DNA from: a virus
Taxonomy: Duplodnaviria; Caudoviricetes
Length of the DNA: 64,000 nucleotides
Virus record (IMG/VR): IMGVR_UViG_3300031555_001562
Direction: 5' to 3' (one strand)
Shown: positions 29,183-38,909 of the stretch, one piece after another
How positions within the stretch are numbered: position 1 is the first letter of the stretch
How the letters are laid out: the number at the start of each line of letters is the position of its first letter
Notes under the pieces: model-generated
What the model saw: only the letters and a program-made list of their open reading frames with translations
The model's database searches: none
What the model was told of the DNA's origin: nothing
Translations under genes and position numbers: made by a program

Positions 29183-30205
29183 TTACGCTGCACATACTCC
29201 GCTGTTTACATACATTCTGAAGTCATTAACTTCATCCATGTTGACGTTATCTGGCAGATTTGTCTTTTGTGCCAAATAAATCAAGTGGTTTTCAAGTCGT
29301 TCAACAATTTCATAGAACTCAGGGATAGGCTGTTTGTTTTCGTCTAGGTATTTGCCAAAACGAATATCCATCAAGAACTCATGATCTTTCTCACGATATG
29401 TAACGATTTCGCCATATTCGAGAATATCAAAACACATGAGATACAGTCTGACCAGATGAGCCATATGCTTGCCCAACTTGTCGTGAGCAACCGCCTTTGC
29501 GTTTCGCCCACCAAATTTGTTGTATGCCTTAACGATAGCATTCATTTCATTCCAAAGACTGCGATAGTCTCTCAGTGGATAATGCGAAAGCGAAATATCC
29601 ATGAAGATCTCACTATCCAAATCAGGATTGAAGGCTTCGTCTACATACAATTTGATTGAATCTTCCGGGAAATAGAAGTACTTTGCCTTGAAGTCAACCG
29701 ATGCATGATCGATGCTTCTCAGGATGTTCTCTTCCATTTTTGTCTGACTAACGCACCTGGCAGCTTTATTCTCCATGCGTCGAAGCTGGGAATTCGCATA
29801 GCCGCCGAATGAGTGAATGGCACGTTTAGAAAGAAACATGTGTCGATTTTCTACAAGCGCTCTGCCTTCGGGGGAAAGATACAAATAATGTTCTGGTTTC
29901 AGTCCTAGCATCTCAATAGTGTTTGGGTTGCAGGAACACAAAAGATTAATGATCTTGTCAAAGGAGTAGATTGTAGTGTCAGTGTTTACTTCAACTACTT
30001 GCTCGAAGTCCTGCCCGATCAGGATGTTTCTCTTGGAATTGGTTGCAATTCCTCGCACATCTAGATCACTGGTTTCGGTGTTCATGCCGTATGCATGGCT
30101 ACCACCTAGGCCAAGCAAGATGATATTTGAGCCTAAGTTCTTGTCCGTTCGTAGAAAATCATATTCCTCAGTCAGAAGTTTTTCTCTAATTTCTGGAAGC
30201 TCCAT
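29183..30205 (-). CDS. Pol-beta nucleotidyltransferase (RlaP/YcgL-like)
   Basis: GGSHAYG...SDLDVRG, NPN.IE.L, F.GYA..Q, K.M.HL.RL. Confidence 0.85.
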   Translation of the reverse strand: MELPEIREKLLTEEYDFLRTDKNLGSNIILLGLGGSHAYGMNTETSDLDVRGIATNSKRNILIGQDFEQVVEVNTDTTIYSFDKIINLLCSCNPNTIEMLGLKPEHYLYLSPEGRALVENRHMFLSKRAIHSFGGYANSQLRRMENKAARCVSQTKMEENILRSIDHASVDFKAKYFYFPEDSIKLYVDEAFNPDLDSEIFMDISLSHYPLRDYRSLWNEMNAIVKAYNKFGGRNAKAVAHDKLGKHMAHLVRLYLMCFDILEYGEIVTYREKDHEFLMDIRFGKYLDENKQPIPEFYEIVERLENHLIYLAQKTNLPDNVNMDEVNDFRMYVNSGVCAA

Positions 30206-30236
30206 AAGATCACCTCCAAATATTTAGATGCAAACC

Positions 30237-30354
30237 TTGACAATTCGGAAAATTTGACCTATAATACTTTTGCAAGTGGTCATATTTTCTTTACGTTCAT
30301 TATCTTAGCAGATTATTTGACCGTTGTCAAGCTTAATTTCGGAATATTTTACCG
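30237..30354. promoter_or_regulatory. Face-to-face promoter pair with four operator-like repeats
   Basis: Plus TTGACA(30237)-17-TATAAT; minus TTGACA(30330)-17-TAAGAT; repeats at 30246, 30278, 30309, 30340. Confidence 0.8.
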
Positions 30355-30370
30355 TTAAGAGGTGCGCATT

Positions 30371-30730
30371 ATGGCTAACACTTTATATGAGAGAATCAAA
30401 TCTTTGTGTTACAGAAAGGGGGTTACTATATCTCAGTTAGAGTCTGAACTGGGATTTGGCAGCTCTTCCATCAAAAAGTGGGAGAAGACCAGCTCTCCGT
30501 CTGTAGATAAGATCGTCAAAGTGGCTAGTTACTTTGATGTTTCACTAGACTACCTTATGGGGCGCACCGATATTGAAAGTTCGGTATCTGAGATTTTAGG
30601 TGATGATGACGTTATCTCTTTCCAAAGAGCCAGAAGAAAAATGACTCCAAAAGATAGGGATAAGTCTATGCAAATGCTGAAACTCGGATTCGAATATGCA
30701 TTTGCTGACGAGGATGGTGATGATGATTGA
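30371..30730 (+). CDS. XRE-family HTH repressor (ImmR-like)
   Basis: ERIKSLC..TISQLE.ELG..IKKWE..PS..KVA.YFDVSLDYL.GR. Confidence 0.9.
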   Translation: MANTLYERIKSLCYRKGVTISQLESELGFGSSSIKKWEKTSSPSVDKIVKVASYFDVSLDYLMGRTDIESSVSEILGDDDVISFQRARRKMTPKDRDKSMQMLKLGFEYAFADEDGDDD

Positions 30731-31341
30731 TTAGACGTGCTTATATCAACCACCAGGTATTAAGCATCTATAACAACCTTGAGTCTCTGGTTTTCCCTCT
30801 TGATCCAAAAGAAGTAATTAGGCTCATGCCTGATTGCAGATATATGTCTTATCAAAAAATGGCGAAGATCAGCAACTCTTCCGTAGAAGATGTCATTGAG
30901 TTGTGTGAAAGCAAGTCTGGATGTACACATTATGATATATCGAATAAACGATATCTCATCCTTTGTAACCAGTCTTACGATGAAAACAACAATGCTGGGC
31001 GGCAACGTTGGACATGCAGCCACGAGATAGGCCACATCATATGTAACCATCACGTTTTGTCTGCATATGATAAGCTTGCCGAAAACAGCTTATTGCAGAT
31101 CTCGAATCCGGAGTATGAGGCGGAAGCAGATTTCTTCGCCGGTTCTCTGCTTGCCCCATTCCCATTGTTCGATCAACTCCATATCGCATCTCCGATTGAC
31201 GTACAGAATACTTTCGGCCTGTCCAGCGAGGCTTCACTTTATCGCTTCAAGCAATATTTGAGATGGAAGTCCACTAGAGTTAAGACGGCCTGGGAGAATG
31301 ATATGATTCGGGTCTTCAAACAAAAGAACATTTCAGCTTAA
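30727..31341 (+). CDS. ImmA/IrrE metallopeptidase
   Basis: RQRWT..HEIGH, EAEAD.FAG.LLAP. Confidence 0.9.
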   Translation: MIRRAYINHQVLSIYNNLESLVFPLDPKEVIRLMPDCRYMSYQKMAKISNSSVEDVIELCESKSGCTHYDISNKRYLILCNQSYDENNNAGRQRWTCSHEIGHIICNHHVLSAYDKLAENSLLQISNPEYEAEADFFAGSLLAPFPLFDQLHIASPIDVQNTFGLSSEASLYRFKQYLRWKSTRVKTAWENDMIRVFKQKNISA

Positions 31342-31346
31342 TACAT

Positions 31347-31385
31347 AATCATCTCACGGGAATACTACCCGTGGGGTGATTTTTT
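31347..31385 (+). terminator. Intrinsic terminator
   Basis: aatcatctcacggg/cccgtggggtgatt stem followed by a T run. Confidence 0.75.
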
Positions 31386-31823
31386 ATGACCAAACAAGAG
31401 TATATTCATATCAGAAATCTCGCATGGGATCTTTTGATAGATGCGAAGATCTCTTCTCTTCCGGTCAATGTGGATAGAATAGAGGCTGTGTATTCATTGC
31501 CACATAGAACTGATTGCGCCACACGATATGATCGTATGTTGATTGCGGCAGATCAGATATTAACCATATATGGCCTGAATAATAAACCTGACAACGCAAA
31601 GCATCTTGCGGTAAGGGTTCTTGCTCCGATGATCGTTATAGATCATATTGGAATAAGCTCTTATGATGAACTTATGTATTACACCGATCTTCCTGTTTAT
31701 CTTGCTAGGCAGCGCTTTAACCGTCTAATCGAGTTGAGGCAAAGAGGGAAGTTCGAGGAATCGTATTTAGAAACCCAAGTGCTGAAACAGTTTTCTATCT
31801 GGATCAATCATATTCGTCACTAG
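31386..31823 (+). CDS. Degenerate ImmA-like protein lacking HExxH
   Basis: AWDLL...ISSLPV, LAVRVLAP, A..R..RL.EL..R.KF resemble ImmA-like N- and C-termini; no RBS seen. Confidence 0.5.
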   Translation: MTKQEYIHIRNLAWDLLIDAKISSLPVNVDRIEAVYSLPHRTDCATRYDRMLIAADQILTIYGLNNKPDNAKHLAVRVLAPMIVIDHIGISSYDELMYYTDLPVYLARQRFNRLIELRQRGKFEESYLETQVLKQFSIWINHIRH

Positions 31824-31844
31824 CTTTGTTGCGTCGTTTTTCTT

Positions 31845-31873
31845 ATATTACCACATAATTCTATATTTGTCAA
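31845..31873 (-). promoter_or_regulatory. sigma-A promoter flanked by ACGCAACAAAG boxes
   Basis: TTGACA-17-TAATAT; boxes at 31824 and 31877. Confidence 0.7.
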
Positions 31874-31892
31874 GCACTTTGTTGCGTTTACT

Positions 31893-32678
31893 TTAGATCT
31901 TTTTGTATACGATCTCAAGTAACTCTCTTGGAAGATACTTCTCCAACAGCACCCGATCATCTAAGCCGGTTCCGCCAAACAACTCTTCAGCTACACTTCC
32001 GCCGATTGCGCACAGAGTATCCATGTCGCAGTCCAGGCTGAACACATTTCTAATGAAGCCAATATAACTGTCGGCCTCATATACGCAACGCATGGCTACA
32101 GGAACGCTATCCTGGCAAGTGCCGCTCCATGTGTAAGTGTCACGGATATCGTCAAGAGATCGCTCAGAGCTGAAGGTATACTCACTTCTCGGATACATGG
32201 TATTGACGAATGCAAGCATATTATCCTTGTTCCATCCATGCTTTACCATGAATGCGCAGACTGCGGTGACTACGGCTCCTTTGATTCCCTCTGGATCATT
32301 GTGGCTACAAGCTGCGGACATCTTTGCATATAGCTTAACATCTTCGATGTTGTCAAAATGATCTGCAACATATGACACTCTCATTGCGGAGCCATTGCCA
32401 AAACTGCCATAAGGCTGAGGATCTTCGTCGAAAATCCATCCATAGAACAGTCCACCATATCCTGCATCTGGGTATTCTCTTCCGAATTTCTGATACATTT
32501 CAGTAAATGACTTACCATCAATGAGTGCAGCTTTGGTTGCGATTGTCATTACGGTATCATCTGTGTATCTCGAATGTTCGGTGAACAGCTCCATAGTAGC
32601 TGGATCACGATCAGGAGACATGCCAAATTCATATTGGGATCCGGCAATATCGCCTAGGATTGCACCGATGATAGACAT
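31893..32678 (-). CDS. ADP-ribosylglycohydrolase (DraG/ARH family)
   Basis: GAILGDIAGS.YE, YTDDT, GNGSAMR, D.DT..AI.G. Confidence 0.92.
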   Translation of the reverse strand: MSIIGAILGDIAGSQYEFGMSPDRDPATMELFTEHSRYTDDTVMTIATKAALIDGKSFTEMYQKFGREYPDAGYGGLFYGWIFDEDPQPYGSFGNGSAMRVSYVADHFDNIEDVKLYAKMSAACSHNDPEGIKGAVVTAVCAFMVKHGWNKDNMLAFVNTMYPRSEYTFSSERSLDDIRDTYTWSGTCQDSVPVAMRCVYEADSYIGFIRNVFSLDCDMDTLCAIGGSVAEELFGGTGLDDRVLLEKYLPRELLEIVYKKI

Positions 32679-32899
32679 TACTCTTCACCGACCTTTGCCA
32701 GCATGGTCTGAAAATACTTGAGACCAGCCCGGTAGAAGGCACGCTGATTATTCATATCTTCTTCAGTGATATCGGACAGCTGCCCAAGCTGTGCTTTGAA
32801 TAGCTGATCTTGTCTACGCAGCTGAATCGTGTTCTGAATCAAGCGAATAACCTGAGTTAAAATCAGAACAGTGATACAAATAGCCAAATATGTATCCAT
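32678..32899 (-). CDS. Small membrane-anchored protein
   Basis: N-terminal hydrophobic helix; GGAGG RBS. Confidence 0.6.
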   Translation of the reverse strand: MDTYLAICITVLILTQVIRLIQNTIQLRRQDQLFKAQLGQLSDITEEDMNNQRAFYRAGLKYFQTMLAKVGEE

Positions 32900-32901
32900 G
32901 T

Positions 32902-33096
32902 TTATCCTCCAATTGCTTCTCTGACCTGTCGATCAGAATAGTTTCTCATAGCAAGTGCCATATGGCATTTCACATAATCCATGACGAATACCAAGTGATA
33001 ATAGTCTGGACATCTACTATCCTTTTCACCACTATGGTATAATTCCATGCACTTAGAAAATGACTCACATTTGGCACATCTTCCTTCATTCATCAT
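32902..33096 (-). CDS. Hypothetical Cys-rich protein
   Basis: Short coupled ORF. Confidence 0.5.
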   Translation of the reverse strand: MMNEGRCAKCESFSKCMELYHSGEKDSRCPDYYHLVFVMDYVKCHMALAMRNYSDRQVREAIGG

Positions 33097-33271
33097 AGCG
33101 CTTACTTTTGTTTATGAGGTCTCGCTTTTTTGGAATGCGAGTCTTTCCCTCTTCTCGATTTGCCTTACACTGATTGCAGTTTCTTCTGCTTTTACAGAAC
33201 CAGCACCCATCTCTATCGAGATAAATCCAATGCGGCATAGCTGGGCGTGGTTTACGTTTTCCTTTGCTCAA
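33086..33271 (-). CDS. Hypothetical basic Cys-rich protein
   Basis: CWFC...CNQC. Confidence 0.5.
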   Translation of the reverse strand: MSKGKRKPRPAMPHWIYLDRDGCWFCKSRRNCNQCKANREEGKTRIPKKRDLINKSKRYDE

Positions 33272-33328
33272 TTGGCGCTCTCCAACCTTCGAAAGTTTCG
33301 ATGTTTACATTTCAATAAAACACCGTTT

Positions 33329-33580
33329 TTATAACCATTCAGGCTTTTGGAATCGCTCTGTGTATCGAATTTCCGATCTTTCCTCGGAATCAATGTCATA
33401 AGCATCGTTCCAGTACTTGAATAGGTCTTCGCCCTTGGGCAAGTAGCATACGATGATAGCATAACTGTCGTCCATTGCATATCCGGTACACCACCAGGGC
33501 ATCTGAATCGACTTCATATCGATCAATGGTCTGCAATCATCGACTGCTTTTGTTTTGAATCTATACCAGATCAAATCCAT
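33329..33580 (-). CDS. Hypothetical phage protein
   Basis: 83 aa, PWWCTGY motif, GAGG RBS. Confidence 0.65.
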   Translation of the reverse strand: MDLIWYRFKTKAVDDCRPLIDMKSIQMPWWCTGYAMDDSYAIIVCYLPKGEDLFKYWNDAYDIDSEERSEIRYTERFQKPEWL

Positions 33581-33593
33581 CTGTTTACCTCAT

Positions 33594-34262
33594 TTATGAC
33601 ATTTTGCACTTTACGTGGAACTCAAATGCCTGATCTGGTTCTGACAAAACAACATGACATGTTTCTCCACGGTAGATCTGGCCTTTTGTATGATCGCAAT
33701 CAAATCCACCATATTCCTCTTCGCAGATAGAGCAATAGGATTTACGCATTGAAAGGCCAACATGTACTTCTGTCTTAATGCCGAATGAAACCAGTTTCAA
33801 AACCTCTTCTGTTACGCTATTGCGATAGACAAAGATGTATGCCCTCACTTTTGCTACACCGTCTTTGATAACAGTCTCTGCATCAAAAATGGCTGCATTC
33901 GTCCCGGTACACAACTCTTTATTGCCGACAATGCCCTTAACTCCGATGAACTTTTCTGCGATTTCCGGCAGACTATCTCTGTCAAATCGCTCAAAATCAG
34001 AGTCAACCTGATCGTTGCACAGTTCGGCTTGCAGCACAAACACATCTGACGGTTTTGCGTTGCTGCCTAGACTTGCCATCTTTTTAATCATTTCCCACTG
34101 CGCAGGAGTAGGATTATAGTCAAGCGTCTTCATACCGGAAGCAGATCCGATCTTTACAGCTTCTCCGTTTCGTTTATCCTTTAGCAGAATATTGCCATTG
34201 AACACAGAAACCTCAAGATCGCCCTTATTGATTAGAGTTTTTACCTCAATAATGTCGATCAT
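33594..34262 (-). CDS. Protein with prohead-protease-like C-terminal domain (degenerate)
   Basis: LCND.VD.DFERF, CSIC..CDH.KG..Y.G..C pattern. Confidence 0.5.
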   Translation of the reverse strand: MIDIIEVKTLINKGDLEVSVFNGNILLKDKRNGEAVKIGSASGMKTLDYNPTPAQWEMIKKMASLGSNAKPSDVFVLQAELCNDQVDSDFERFDRDSLPEIAEKFIGVKGIVGNKELCTGTNAAIFDAETVIKDGVAKVRAYIFVYRNSVTEEVLKLVSFGIKTEVHVGLSMRKSYCSICEEEYGGFDCDHTKGQIYRGETCHVVLSEPDQAFEFHVKCKMS

Positions 34263-34657
34263 TTCGATTCCTCCTGTTTGATAGGCGGCTCAGGCATTGG
34301 TTTCCAATGTGTGACACAGCAACTACCGATCTTTGACCAGTACCAGCCGTAGTCATCGCCGCCGTATTTTCGCTGTCTAAACTGAGAAACCAGCTTACCA
34401 TTCTTATATGGTGGGTGCGCCACAATGCAATTAATTACTTTCTTGCCCTTGTTTTCAGGCATGTCCTCCGGTAACATCTCAGATATCGGAATCCACCGCT
34501 CAATGGTTACGCCTTTTGAAATAAGGTGGTCGGCAACTTCTTCATTCCACACTTCATCGTCAAGCCGTATCCCATGTCGCTCATGCTCTGTATATCCAGC
34601 GCCGTGTCTTTGAACATCGTTCAAAATTTCAATTAGTTGTTCTCTTATTTTATCCAT
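34259..34657 (-). CDS. DUF551-like phage protein
   Basis: WIPISE.LPE ... VTHW.PMPEPP. Confidence 0.75.
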   Translation of the reverse strand: MDKIREQLIEILNDVQRHGAGYTEHERHGIRLDDEVWNEEVADHLISKGVTIERWIPISEMLPEDMPENKGKKVINCIVAHPPYKNGKLVSQFRQRKYGGDDYGWYWSKIGSCCVTHWKPMPEPPIKQEESK

Positions 34658-35220
34658 TGTTCCTCGGATGGTTTTTCAAGAGGACGATAGTATGTACCAA
34701 CAGTACCATCCCATGCAGACCATATTACTTCCATTGTTGGGCTACCGGATTTCTGACCATACAGAAAATCAGGTCTCCATGTAAGCGGTAACACATAGGA
34801 CGGTGCATCATTTCGGAACATATTGATTCTGGATTTTGCATGCCAGAATTGGGATTTCAGCAGGAATGCGCAATTTGTGTTGAGATCACGTGCATGCTGA
34901 ATAAACTCCGCCGCCTTTGAAAACGGAGGATTAGTAATGATCCAGTCACAATCTCTTTGAGATTCAAGAAAATCTACACCAGATTCACCATAACCAAAGT
35001 CATTGAGATCTGTACAGATTACTTCATAACCTCGTCTCTTCAGCACTTCTGCAAGCTTGCCAGCTCCGCATGCAGGTTCCCATACCTTTGCTCCCGGATG
35101 TAGTGAACCATTCGCCTCTAGAAAATCAATTAATGCTACAGTCGCCAGGGGGGGTGTCTCATAGAAATCCACCTGGTTACGATCCTTGGCTGATCTGTTA
35201 GCCAAAATATTGCCGTTCAT
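34645..35220 (-). CDS. N6-adenine/N4-cytosine DNA methyltransferase (in frame across C7)
   Basis: DFYETPP, WEPACGAG, IITNPPF. Confidence 0.85.
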   Translation of the reverse strand: MNGNILANRSAKDRNQVDFYETPPLATVALIDFLEANGSLHPGAKVWEPACGAGKLAEVLKRRGYEVICTDLNDFGYGESGVDFLESQRDCDWIITNPPFSKAAEFIQHARDLNTNCAFLLKSQFWHAKSRINMFRNDAPSYVLPLTWRPDFLYGQKSGSPTMEVIWSAWDGTVGTYYRPLEKPSEEQWIK

Positions 35221-35963
35221 CTTCTTTTGTCCTCTAACCATTTGTTATCGATGTAGTAGAATCCAGCCACCAAGCAGCCGGTAAAGAACACCCAGAACAC
35301 CCAGAAGATAGCGACAGAACCATCGGTCAATTTAGACTCAAGTGTTTCTGCAATCGTCATATAATCATACATGTTTGTCGCAGTAATAGTATTGTCTCCT
35401 AGCTTCGTATAAATCGTGCCAACGCTATAGGTTGGCGCTCCGTTATACACATATCTGACCTTACTGGATTCTTTGATTGTCGCAATATGGCTCTTATACG
35501 GAAAATCGATCATGCCATAGTCGAACTCAACGTCCAAGAAAGTAATTTTCTCAGAATGCTTCTTCCACGAATCGGCATAATCCCAAGAGTAATATACTTC
35601 CTCTTCTGTGTATGTTACGGTTTTACCGTCTACAGTTTTTGTCTTTGTAACAGTTCTGGTGTGCCTCGTATACTTTTCTTTGATTTTCTCGACATACGAA
35701 TACTCTCCGCCGATTTCATCAAATGTAACAGTATCGACTGCCTTCAACTCACCGTATACGAAAGCATTACCAACATTCGTTTTCATACCGTATTCAAACA
35801 GATCTTTGTCATTATCAATCTTGACTGCGGTATTAAACTCTTGTTGCCGTTCCATAACTGTATCATTGATCCCGTCTGCAATGATTACTCCAAACAGGAT
35901 CATGACACATACAATGACAATACTGACCAAAACTTCCCGTTTGGTGATTGTCATATCATACAT
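35217..35963 (-). CDS. Two-TM membrane protein
   Basis: Hydrophobic helices at both ends; paired with LemA. Confidence 0.7.
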   Translation of the reverse strand: MYDMTITKREVLVSIVIVCVMILFGVIIADGINDTVMERQQEFNTAVKIDNDKDLFEYGMKTNVGNAFVYGELKAVDTVTFDEIGGEYSYVEKIKEKYTRHTRTVTKTKTVDGKTVTYTEEEVYYSWDYADSWKKHSEKITFLDVEFDYGMIDFPYKSHIATIKESSKVRYVYNGAPTYSVGTIYTKLGDNTITATNMYDYMTIAETLESKLTDGSVAIFWVFWVFFTGCLVAGFYYIDNKWLEDKRR

Positions 35964-35966
35964 CGC

Positions 35967-36542
35967 TTAGTCCTCGAAGAGATTCGTTGGAGCATCCTGA
36001 TATTCGTCACCAAATTCAAGATACTCAAAGTCCACAACTTCATAGCCCAGGCTCTCAAGGATGGCTGCATTAGGGAACTTTCTAACGTACTGCTTGTACT
36101 TTTTGACCCAAGTATTATAGTTTCCTCTGTGATCTGCGATCAGGTTCTCAGTGATTGCAAGCTCCTTCATGAGTTCCTTATAGTTCTCATCACTCTTCAG
36201 CTCAGGATAAGCTTCTGCAACCGCATTAATCATAGTCTGGATTTCGCCGGAAACAGCGTCGGAAGAACTGCCTCTGGCCTCAATGACTGCCATCAGAGTA
36301 TTGTACTCGTGTTCGTCATAAGCCTTCACGCAGTCAACCAGATTAGGAATAAGATCTGCTCTCCGCTTTTCCTGAACGCTAATATCAGACTTAGCCGTTC
36401 CGATCTGCTCTTCCAGAGAAATAGCCTTATTCTGTACCCCCTGAACGATAAAAGTCCAGAGCAGTGCAACTGCGAGAATGATTGCAACGACGATCAGGAT
36501 AAGCTTGATACTTACTTTGTTCATTTCATTCACTCTCCACAA
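35967..36542 (-). CDS. LemA family protein
   Basis: N-terminal TM, RRADLIPNLV..VK.Y..HE, AEAYPELKS. Confidence 0.9.
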   Translation of the reverse strand: MWRVNEMNKVSIKLILIVVAIILAVALLWTFIVQGVQNKAISLEEQIGTAKSDISVQEKRRADLIPNLVDCVKAYDEHEYNTLMAVIEARGSSSDAVSGEIQTMINAVAEAYPELKSDENYKELMKELAITENLIADHRGNYNTWVKKYKQYVRKFPNAAILESLGYEVVDFEYLEFGDEYQDAPTNLFED

Positions 36543-36918
36543 ATTTCAGATAGATTGGTTTTGGGTTCAACATTGCCCCTGTTTCAGTTTCATACTGAAT
36601 GATCTTTGGTGCGATTTCAGCGTCTAACTCTTTTCTGCTCATTCTCTGATCGACAATAATAACGTGCGATTCTTTGCCCTTGGGTCTGTCTGCAATGAAT
36701 TCAAACACGCTACCATTGTTGAAAAGGAACTTCAGACTTGTCTCTGCATTAACCCATTCCGCAAGAATAAGATAGCTTTGCAGTTCATCAATGGAATTGC
36801 GAACAGCTTCGCAGCTCTTTTTATCTTTGAGGTACACCGTGACGATGTACCCCGGAAGATTAATGCATCGCTTCAGAAAACGTGAAATCTTGCTGCTGGT
36901 TTCTTCGTTCATCAGCAC
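36526..36918 (-). CDS. Hypothetical protein
   Basis: 130-aa coupled ORF. Confidence 0.55.
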   Translation of the reverse strand: MLMNEETSSKISRFLKRCINLPGYIVTVYLKDKKSCEAVRNSIDELQSYLILAEWVNAETSLKFLFNNGSVFEFIADRPKGKESHVIIVDQRMSRKELDAEIAPKIIQYETETGAMLNPKPIYLKFVESE

Positions 36919-37556
36919 AGGCTGTCGAATGAGGCGACATCAACAACACCGCTGGCCTTGTAGTCAGAGGTGATCTTAGACATAGTGGAATACACGGAAC
37001 CGATGCCTCTGGAATTTGCGCTGTAGGACTTTGCATAATCCAGGTTGATGCCGATGCCACCGGCAACTTCCTCAACGTCGATATTTGCGCCCAGGAAGAT
37101 AAACTGCCAGCTGTACTTGTTGGTCTGATGCTCGATCATTTCCTTTACCTTGCGCTGGCTGTACTCTCGGCTGGCGTTCTCCATGCCATCAGTGGTAATG
37201 ACAAAAATGATCTTGGAAGGTCTTTCATCTTCAGCAGTGTTGCTCAGTCTATGACCAACATCATTGATGGTCTTGCCGATTGCGTCATACAGTGCGGTGC
37301 AACCACGAGGCCAATAGTCCTTGGTGGTCATGGGAGCAACATCATGAACGTTCACGCCATTGTGCAGGATCTCGTATTCATGGTCAAACAGAACAGTGGT
37401 CAGTTTGGTCTCGCCAGGATCCTTTTTCTGTTCCTCGATGAAGGCATTGTAACCGCCGATAGTATCGTTGGTCAGACCAGCCATAGAGCCGCTTCTGTCG
37501 AGAATGAAAATGACTTCGCTTAGATTGGGATTCATTATCTTATTTCCTTTCTTCAT
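36912..37556 (-). CDS. von Willebrand factor A domain protein
   Basis: ILDRSGSM MIDAS, TALYDAIG, ITTDG.ENAS. Confidence 0.9.
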   Translation of the reverse strand: MKKGNKIMNPNLSEVIFILDRSGSMAGLTNDTIGGYNAFIEEQKKDPGETKLTTVLFDHEYEILHNGVNVHDVAPMTTKDYWPRGCTALYDAIGKTINDVGHRLSNTAEDERPSKIIFVITTDGMENASREYSQRKVKEMIEHQTNKYSWQFIFLGANIDVEEVAGGIGINLDYAKSYSANSRGIGSVYSTMSKITSDYKASGVVDVASFDSLC

Positions 37557-38860
37557 ATCTCACTTTGTTGGGTTGCTTTTATACTGTTTAATAAATGGGA
37601 GATTACAGATACCGTCCATCCATTTCCGAGCATCTTATATGCTTGTGTGTCTGAGACAGGGAACTCGTACCATTCAGGGACAGTCTGGAGGCGCATGCAC
37701 TCGCTGACAGTCAGCTTTCGGATGATATAGTGTCCATCTTCCAACTTAATGGGATACTGCTTATTATTAATGGTGATTTCACCATCTTTGACTTTGTAAA
37801 CGGAGTATGCCTTTCCGTCAGTATCGCATACCGAATCGGCTGGAACTCCGTCTGTAAATTCTACCGGGACAGCATAGAGACCAGTTTTAGCACCCATGCC
37901 ACCACCGTTGCCGCAAAGAGTGTCACGCTTTGCGGCAACGGAATAGATTCTGTATTGCTGCGAATCGTGCGCCTGATTTTTCGCCTTGTTAGGCCAAGTG
38001 CCTACTCGCACAGGTTCTGCAACTCCGCTTTGAGGGTAATGGCCTCCGCCATTCACAAAATTCGCAAATGCAGACTTATAATAATTTGCTTTGATCGCAA
38101 AACTCTTATCTCCGTCTACAACATTTACGGGAGCTGCCGCCATTGTTCTATTCGATCTCGCATGTCCCTTTTCCAGAAATGTTTCCGGTGATCCTGGCGT
38201 CTTCCAGTAATTTGCGTCCAAACAATAACTTTTGTCTTCAGCTGTATTACTGTAGCCGAATGCGCTGTCAAGCACATCTTGAAGTAGGATACCACGATCA
38301 TTTGGTAATTGAACATCTACTTTGCTATACGTTCCATCTTCGTTGCGCTTTCCAACCCAGTACAATCTCTGTCTGTGCTGTGCGGAAACCAAAGAGGAAT
38401 TTATACAAATAGGTTCGAAACCAAAGGTTTGATTAATACTCCCCCGGATAGCTCTGGACATAGATTTGTTATTTTCATAGATGAAGTACTTAGGCTGCGC
38501 TTCATCTAATGCCTTCACATAGCGGCAGAACAGTTCCCAGCCCATGCCACTTGCTTCGGTCTCTCTGTTGCTCTTCTGAGCAATAGACCAGTATGTACAA
38601 GGAGATCCGCCCATCAGAATATCGAATCCTTTATACTGTGCAAAGTCAGCTTCGAACACATCTCCCATATGCTCGATGAACGGGAAGTTGTGGGAAGTAG
38701 TCTGCACAGCATATTTATCGATCTCATATGCGACGTATCTGCCTACTTTGATCCCAGCCTCGATCAGTGCCAGCATTGCACAGGCCATACCGTCAAAGAG
38801 GCTGAGGATCTTTAAGCCGTCCGGAGTTAAAAGAACTTTTTTATTGCTGTTGCAATTCAT
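37553..38860 (-). CDS. C5-cytosine DNA methyltransferase, single chain, several TRD-like repeats
   Basis: LSLFDG (I), GGSPC (IV), YEN (VI), Q.R.R (VIII), RKLT..ECMRLQ (IX), GNGW (X). Confidence 0.92.
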   Translation of the reverse strand: MNCNSNKKVLLTPDGLKILSLFDGMACAMLALIEAGIKVGRYVAYEIDKYAVQTTSHNFPFIEHMGDVFEADFAQYKGFDILMGGSPCTYWSIAQKSNRETEASGMGWELFCRYVKALDEAQPKYFIYENNKSMSRAIRGSINQTFGFEPICINSSLVSAQHRQRLYWVGKRNEDGTYSKVDVQLPNDRGILLQDVLDSAFGYSNTAEDKSYCLDANYWKTPGSPETFLEKGHARSNRTMAAAPVNVVDGDKSFAIKANYYKSAFANFVNGGGHYPQSGVAEPVRVGTWPNKAKNQAHDSQQYRIYSVAAKRDTLCGNGGGMGAKTGLYAVPVEFTDGVPADSVCDTDGKAYSVYKVKDGEITINNKQYPIKLEDGHYIIRKLTVSECMRLQTVPEWYEFPVSDTQAYKMLGNGWTVSVISHLLNSIKATQQSEI

Positions 38861-38880
38861 GTATCTCTTACTTCTCCTTA

Positions 38881-38909
38881 ATTATAGCACACATTAGCTG
38901 TTTTGTCAA
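38881..38909 (-). promoter_or_regulatory. sigma-A promoter
   Basis: TTGACA-17-TATAAT with TG extension; CGCAACAAAA box at 38916. Confidence 0.85.
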
